DNA of 64,000 nucleotides from assembly GCF_055900595.2 (NCBI RefSeq), contig NZ_CM148325.1, one strand, 5' to 3'. Below the pieces are notes generated by a model. It was not told the DNA's origin. It made no database searches and saw only the letters and a list, made by a program, of their open reading frames with translations. How positions within the stretch are numbered: the stretch's first letter is position 1; every line of letters begins with the position of its first letter. Shown here piece after piece: positions 54,451-64,000 of this stretch. The translations under genes and the position numbers were made by a program.

Positions 54451-54530
54451 CAACGCCGAGAATAGAGGAAAAATTAAAGGGGAGATAAAATCCCCCCTTT
54501 TTGGTTAACTAATTGTATGGGAATGGTTAA

Positions 54531-55805
54531 TTATTCACCAGATGCCTGTTGCGCTTCCGGCTTGCCATAAATCAGCAACGGCTTGCTTTGACCATCAATT
54601 ACCGATTCGTCGATAACCACTTTTTCGACGTCTTCCATGGACGGCAGATCGTACATGGTATCGAGCAGTGCGGCTTCTACGATGGAACGCAGGCCACGGG
54701 CACCGGTTTTACGCGCCATCGCTTTCTTAGCGATAGCATCCAGCGCCTCGTCACGGAATTCCAGATCCACGCCTTCCAGATTAAACAGCGCCTGATACTG
54801 CTTGGTCAGGGCGTTTTTCGGCTCTTTGAGGATCTGAATCAGAGCTTCTTCGCTCAGTTCATTCAACGTTGCGACAACCGGCAGACGACCAATGAACTCA
54901 GGGATCAGACCAAACTTGATCAGATCTTCCGGTTCAACCTGCGCCAGCAGCTCGCCTTCACTTGCTTTGTCAGATTTCGCTTTTACCGTCGCGCCAAAAC
55001 CAATGCCGGAGCCTGTTTCTACACGATGGGAAATCACTTTATCCAGACCGGCAAACGCACCGCCACAGATAAACAGGATCTTAGAGGTATCAACCTGCAA
55101 GAATTCCTGCTGCGGATGTTTACGCCCACCTTGCGGTGGAACAGCAGCTACCGTACCTTCGATCAGTTTCAACAGTGCCTGCTGTACGCCTTCACCGGAA
55201 ACGTCTCGGGTAATGGACGGGTTGTCTGACTTACGAGAAATCTTGTCGATTTCATCGATGTAGACAATCCCGCGCTGCGCTTTCTGTACGTCGTAATCGC
55301 ACTTTTGCAACAGCTTCTGAATGATGTTTTCAACGTCTTCGCCCACATAACCGGCTTCGGTCAGCGTGGTTGCATCGGCCATGGTGAACGGGACGTCCAG
55401 CAGGCGCGCCAGCGTTTCGGCCAGCAGCGTTTTACCGGAACCGGTCGGACCGATCAGCAGAATGTTACTTTTGCCCAACTCGACACCATTGCTGGTATCT
55501 CCGTTGCGCAGACGTTTGTAGTGGTTGTATACCGCGACCGCCAGCACTTTTTTCGCCTGTTCCTGACCGATAACGTAATCGTCCAGGTGGTTGCGAATTT
55601 CATGCGGCGTCGGTAGCGCACTGCGTTCACGATGCGGTGCAACTTCTTTAATCTCTTCGCGAATGATGTCGTTACATAAATCAACACATTCGTCGCAGAT
55701 ATACACGGATGGACCGGCAATCAGCTTGCGCACTTCATGCTGGCTTTTGCCGCAAAAAGAGCAATACAGCAATTTGCCTGAGCCATCTTTGCGTTTATCT
55801 GTCAT
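54531..55805 (-). CDS. clpX: ATP-dependent Clp protease ATP-binding subunit ClpX
   Basis: 424 aa, N-terminal C4 zinc finger, Walker A. Confidence 0.98.
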
Positions 55806-55930
55806 GGGTCAAAACCTCTTCTTTGTTCTTTGTGCCGCACACGACGACGCAAATGCCATTCTCAGGCGCAAGCCGCTTACAGCGTTGTGCCGCCCTGGAT
55901 AAGTATAGCGGCACAGTTGCGCCTCTGGCA

Positions 55931-56554
55931 TCAATTACGATGGGTCAGAATCGAATCGACCAGACCGTATTCCACCGCTTCAGGGGCGGAAAGGAAGCGA
56001 TCGCGCTCGGTATCACGTTCAATCTGTTCTAATGATTGACCCGTATGAAGCGCCATAAGTTCATTCATGCGCCCTTTAACTTTCAGAATTTCACGGGCAT
56101 GAATTTCGATATCGGTCGCCTGGCCCTGGTAGCCGCCCAACGGCTGGTGAATCATCACGCGCGAATTCGGCAAGCAGAAACGTTTACCTTTTGCCCCTGC
56201 AGTCAGCAAGAAAGCGCCCATCGAAGCCGCCTGGCCCATACAGATGGTGCTGACATCAGGCTTGATAAACTGCATGGTGTCATAGATAGACATCCCGGCA
56301 GTGATCACCCCGCCTGGGGAGTTAATGTACAGATAGATATCTTTTTCTGGGTTTTCTGCTTCCAGGAACAGCATCTGCGCCACAATCAGGTTAGCCATGT
56401 GGTCTTCAACCTGGCCAGTCAGAAAAATGACGCGTTCCTTAAGTAGACGAGAATAGATATCAAAAGAGCGCTCACCACGTGAGGTCTGTTCAATGACCAT
56501 CGGCACCAGCGCCATATGGGGTGCAAAGTTATCTCGTTCGCCGCTGTATGACAT
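55931..56554 (-). CDS. clpP: ATP-dependent Clp protease proteolytic subunit ClpP
   Basis: 207 aa, recognised. Confidence 0.98.
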   Translation of the reverse strand: MSYSGERDNFAPHMALVPMVIEQTSRGERSFDIYSRLLKERVIFLTGQVEDHMANLIVAQMLFLEAENPEKDIYLYINSPGGVITAGMSIYDTMQFIKPDVSTICMGQAASMGAFLLTAGAKGKRFCLPNSRVMIHQPLGGYQGQATDIEIHAREILKVKGRMNELMALHTGQSLEQIERDTERDRFLSAPEAVEYGLVDSILTHRN

Positions 56555-56799
56555 TTCCGTCTCCTGGATAAAATTGAAAAAACCTGCTGTACCGATTGTA
56601 ACCTTATGGACGGATTATCAGCTAGTCCCTGTGTTATGGGTACGGCATCACCATATTTCAAGCATAACAATCTTTTGTTGTTACGCTAACACCGAAAGAG
56701 GCTTTTCGCACGGTTCCATGCAAAATTCATGACAAAAAAAGGCCCACCACCTGGCGGTGATGGGCCTTTGTGCGAATTTAGCGCGTTATGCTGCGTAAA

Positions 56800-58107
<1,308 letters not shown>

Positions 58108-58441
58108 TCAAAAAATCACAGTGCTCGGTCAACTCTTACCCCGCAAGCACAGGTTGTTGGCTTCGCGGAACCGGGATGTTCTTATAATCAATCACATTCC
58201 CTGTTACCAGAATCATCCCGAAAGCATTCAAATAGGACGCGGCATTATAGCGGCATCACTTTTATGAGTCGAGAACGGTTATTGCGCGCTGTCGCGTATT
58301 TTTTCACAATTCCCGGGCAATTTTCGTCTGAATGCTGGGCAAAAAGCGCAAAATCCAGACAAAACAAAACGGCCCGCAGGCCGTTTTTCATAAAATCTTT
58401 AGCAACATACTGGAAAAGCGCCGACAGTTGCAAATGCGTTT

Positions 58442-58759
58442 TTACGCGATGCTTCCTGCTCCACGACAGGGAGGAGAGGCAAAGACGGTGTCCTGCAACC
58501 CTTCCCACTCCTTAATAGTGTAAGTATGCAGAGCCAGCGCATGAACGGTAGTAGAGAGTTCCTCCGCTAAAGTACTGTAAATCATTCGATGACGATTCAG
58601 AAAACGTTCACCCGTAAAACGATCGCTGACCAGCACAACTTTAAAATGGCTTTCAGAGCCGGCTGGGACATTGTGACGATAGCTTTCATCCACTACTTCG
58701 AGGAATACGGGTTGGAACGCCGCCCTTAATTTTTCTTCTATCCGCTCACGTATCATCAT
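58442..58759 (-). CDS. bolA: Stress/morphogene transcriptional regulator BolA
   Basis: 105 aa from [15 protein letters not shown]. Confidence 0.93.
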
Positions 58760-59063
58760 GAAATATCTCCTCCGACAACGCTGAGATGTCATCCATCCCT
58801 TTAAATACTAGCCGCTTTTACCGTTTCCATTGCAGCTTAACAACAAATATTTAGGTTTCGTCCTGGTTTTTCCGTCAAGCGTATGAAGTTTACTGATTTA
58901 AAGATTGAAACACAGGCCTCGCATCAGCGTTTCTTTTACCAGGGGCGATTATTTCGTCAACATGATGAATTTACATGCCTTACCCACTTCCCCTCGCCGT
59001 TGGCAATGTTATGATGGCGGGAATTTTTACCAAACACGCTTAAGAGTCTCTGAGAGCCCGAAC

Positions 59064-59642
59064 ATGTTCAAAAAAATCCTCTTCCCGTTAGTTGCTCTGT
59101 TTATGCTTGCAGGATGCGCAAAACCGCCAACAACTATTGAAGTTTCACCGACGATAACACTGCCACAGCAGGATCCAAGCCTGATGGGCGTCACCGTAAG
59201 CATTAATGGTGCCGATCAGCGTACCGATCAGGCGCTGGCAAAAGTCACCCGCGATAATCAAATCGTTACCCTGACTGCCTCCCGCGATCTGCGTTTCCTG
59301 CTGCAAGAAGTGCTGGAAAAACAGATGACCGCGCGCGGTTACATGGTTGGTCCGAATGGCCCGGTTAATCTGCAAATCATCGTTAGCCAACTGTATGCTG
59401 ACGTGTCCCAGGGCAACGTGCGCTATAACATCGCCACCAAAGCGGATATCGCTATCATCGCTACCGCGCAGAATGGCAACAAAATGACCAAAAACTATCG
59501 TGCCAGCTACAACGTTGAAGGTGCGTTCCAGGCCTCCAACAAAAATATCGCCGATGCGGTTAACAGTGTGCTGACCGATACCATCGCTGATATGTCTCAG
59601 GACACCAGCATCCACGAATTCATCAAGCAGAACGCGCGTTAA
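59064..59642 (+). CDS. yajG: Lipoprotein YajG
   Basis: 192 aa from MFKKILFPLVALFMLAGC (lipobox). Confidence 0.9.
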   Translation: MFKKILFPLVALFMLAGCAKPPTTIEVSPTITLPQQDPSLMGVTVSINGADQRTDQALAKVTRDNQIVTLTASRDLRFLLQEVLEKQMTARGYMVGPNGPVNLQIIVSQLYADVSQGNVRYNIATKADIAIIATAQNGNKMTKNYRASYNVEGAFQASNKNIADAVNSVLTDTIADMSQDTSIHEFIKQNAR

Positions 59643-59685
59643 TTTCTGCCCTCTGGCCCGGTGCAAGCCGGGCCTGTAGACGCCC

Positions 59686-61161
59686 ATGTCCAGTCAATAT
59701 TTACGTATTTTTCAACAGCCACGTTCAGCCATATTGCTGATTCTGGGTTTTGCTTCCGGGCTACCGCTCGCCCTGACATCCGGCACCTTACAGGCCTGGA
59801 TGACGGTCGAGAATATCGATCTTAAAACCATTGGTTTCTTCTCTCTGGTAGGCCAGGCTTACGTTTTTAAATTCCTCTGGTCACCGCTGATGGACCGCTA
59901 CACGCCCCCATTTTTCGGGCGGCGGCGCGGTTGGCTGCTCGCCACGCAAATCCTGTTATTAGTCGCCATTGCGGCGATGGGTTTTCTCGAACCAGGCACC
60001 CAGCTCCGCTGGATGGCGGCACTGGCGGTGGTGATCGCTTTTTGCTCTGCCTCCCAGGATATTGTCTTCGATGCGTGGAAAACCGATGTGCTCCCGGCAG
60101 AAGAGCGTGGTGCGGGCGCGGCAATCAGCGTGCTGGGTTACCGTTTAGGGATGCTGGTTTCCGGCGGCTTAGCCCTGTGGCTGGCAGATAAATGGCTGGG
60201 CTGGCAGGGCATGTACTGGTTGATGGCGGCGCTGTTGATCCCCTGTATTATCGCGACGTTACTTGCACCAGAACCAACCGACACCGTTCCTGTGCCCAAA
60301 ACGCTGGAACAAGCGGTTGTTGCACCTCTGCGCGATTTCTTTGGTCGCAATAACGCGTGGCTTATTTTGCTTCTCATCGTGCTGTATAAGCTGGGCGACG
60401 CATTCGCCATGAGCCTGACAACCACTTTTTTGATTCGCGGCGTCGGATTTGATGCAGGTGAAGTAGGCGTGGTTAACAAAACGCTTGGCTTGCTGGCGAC
60501 CATTGTTGGCGCGTTGTACGGTGGGATTTTGATGCAGCGCCTGTCACTGTTCCGGGCGCTGCTGATTTTCGGTATTTTACAAGGTGCGTCTAACGCCGGT
60601 TACTGGCTGCTGTCGATTACTGATAAGCATCTCTACAGCATGGGCGCAGCCGTCTTTTTCGAAAACCTCTGTGGCGGGATGGGTACATCAGCCTTTGTCG
60701 CGCTGTTAATGACGCTGTGTAATAAGTCATTTTCCGCTACTCAATTTGCCCTGCTCTCAGCGCTTTCTGCTGTAGGGCGAGTTTATGTCGGCCCCGTGGC
60801 GGGTTGGTTTGTTGAAGCACACGGCTGGTCGACATTCTATCTGTTCTCCGTCGCCGCTGCCGTACCAGGGCTTTTTTTGCTGCTGGTTTGTCGCCAGACG
60901 CTTGAATATACACGAGTAAATGACAACTTTATCTCCCGTACTGAATATCCGGCAGGTTATGCCTTTGCCATGTGGACATTGGCGGCGGGCGTCAGCCTGT
61001 TGGCCGTGTGGTTACTGCTGTTGACGATGGACGCGCTGGATTTGACGCACTTCTCTTTCCTGCCTGCGCTGCTGGAAGTCGGGGTTTTAGTCGCCCTTTC
61101 TGGCGTCGTGCTTGGTGGTTTACTGGATTATCTGGCGCTACGAAAAACGCATCTGACGTAA
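59686..61161 (+). CDS. ampG: Anhydromuropeptide permease (MFS)
   Basis: 491 aa, recognised. Confidence 0.95.
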   Translation: MSSQYLRIFQQPRSAILLILGFASGLPLALTSGTLQAWMTVENIDLKTIGFFSLVGQAYVFKFLWSPLMDRYTPPFFGRRRGWLLATQILLLVAIAAMGFLEPGTQLRWMAALAVVIAFCSASQDIVFDAWKTDVLPAEERGAGAAISVLGYRLGMLVSGGLALWLADKWLGWQGMYWLMAALLIPCIIATLLAPEPTDTVPVPKTLEQAVVAPLRDFFGRNNAWLILLLIVLYKLGDAFAMSLTTTFLIRGVGFDAGEVGVVNKTLGLLATIVGALYGGILMQRLSLFRALLIFGILQGASNAGYWLLSITDKHLYSMGAAVFFENLCGGMGTSAFVALLMTLCNKSFSATQFALLSALSAVGRVYVGPVAGWFVEAHGWSTFYLFSVAAAVPGLFLLLVCRQTLEYTRVNDNFISRTEYPAGYAFAMWTLAAGVSLLAVWLLLLTMDALDLTHFSFLPALLEVGVLVALSGVVLGGLLDYLALRKTHLT

Positions 61162-61620
61162 TCTGTAAATATTATTTAGCCGTAGTAATCACTCGCCGTA
61201 ATTATTACGGCTAAATAAACATCAACATCGCTTATTAATATTTGTTCTTCTGTGCGGCTTAGCGTCTGGAAATTATTGACGCCATTTATGAATTCTATTT
61301 TTCTTACACGATTCAGCTAATGAGTCTTTATTTTCTCACTACCCAGTTGTCACCTTAATGATAATTGTTTGTTAAATAATTGTTTTATTTTGTATTGGTT
61401 ATACCAATTGCCCGCCCAAACTCCTTCTGCACTCCCCTTTCGTTATAACGCCCTTTTGCAACAGCTTCTTAAAATCAACTTGATATGTTTTGCAACATAT
61501 GTGACCTGATAGCCAAATCCAAGTAACAGGAATTTAATCATGTTTACAGTAATGCAACCTTCCCGTAAAATGCCCACACACTTTAAACGCCACCAGATCC
61601 CGTGGAATTGAGGTCGTTAA

Positions 61621-62568
<948 letters not shown>

Positions 62569-62577
62569 AGGGGTTGA

Positions 62578-64000
<1,423 letters not shown>

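Noticed and set aside
54344-54530. Possible IS186 insertion in the lon promoter hotspot
   Set aside because: The promoter sequence is contiguous and short (187 bp); no IS sequence or transposase ORF is present

Overview
This window reads as an Escherichia coli chromosomal segment, syntenic with the K-12 copA-to-cyoAB region (copA, ybaP, chiX, ybaK, ushA, fsr, ybaL, gsk, aes, hemH, adk, htpG, recR, ybaB, dnaX, apt, ybaN, priC, ybaM, mscK, acrRAB, tomB-hha, maa, ylaC, pdeB, ybaA, ffs, atl, ybaY, tesB, amtB-glnK, mdlBA, ybaO, cof, ybaE, queC, fadM, ybaV, ppiD, hupB, lon, clpXP, tig, bolA, yajG, ampG, cyoAB) in inverted orientation. Gene identities come from reading the supplied translations and recognising the proteins and a few RNA sequences from memory; no database search was run. 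From about 2.4 kb onward everything is ordinary, well-known core genome with intact gene lengths and no insertions that I can see. The unusual part is the first 2.4 kb: the right end of a P2-like prophage (3' part of a gpD late-control gene plus an Ogr/Delta zinc-finger activator) sits directly upstream of the copA promoter, followed by an array of homologous units that each end in a near-identical intrinsic-terminator hairpin, and two small orphan ORFs. I could not match the repeat units to any RNA or repeat family I know. They are the best candidate for something undescribed here, most plausibly a small-RNA paralog array or a reiterated phage attachment core. I do not see a complete defence or other multi-gene system inside the window; if one exists it is likely in the prophage body to the left, outside this sequence.
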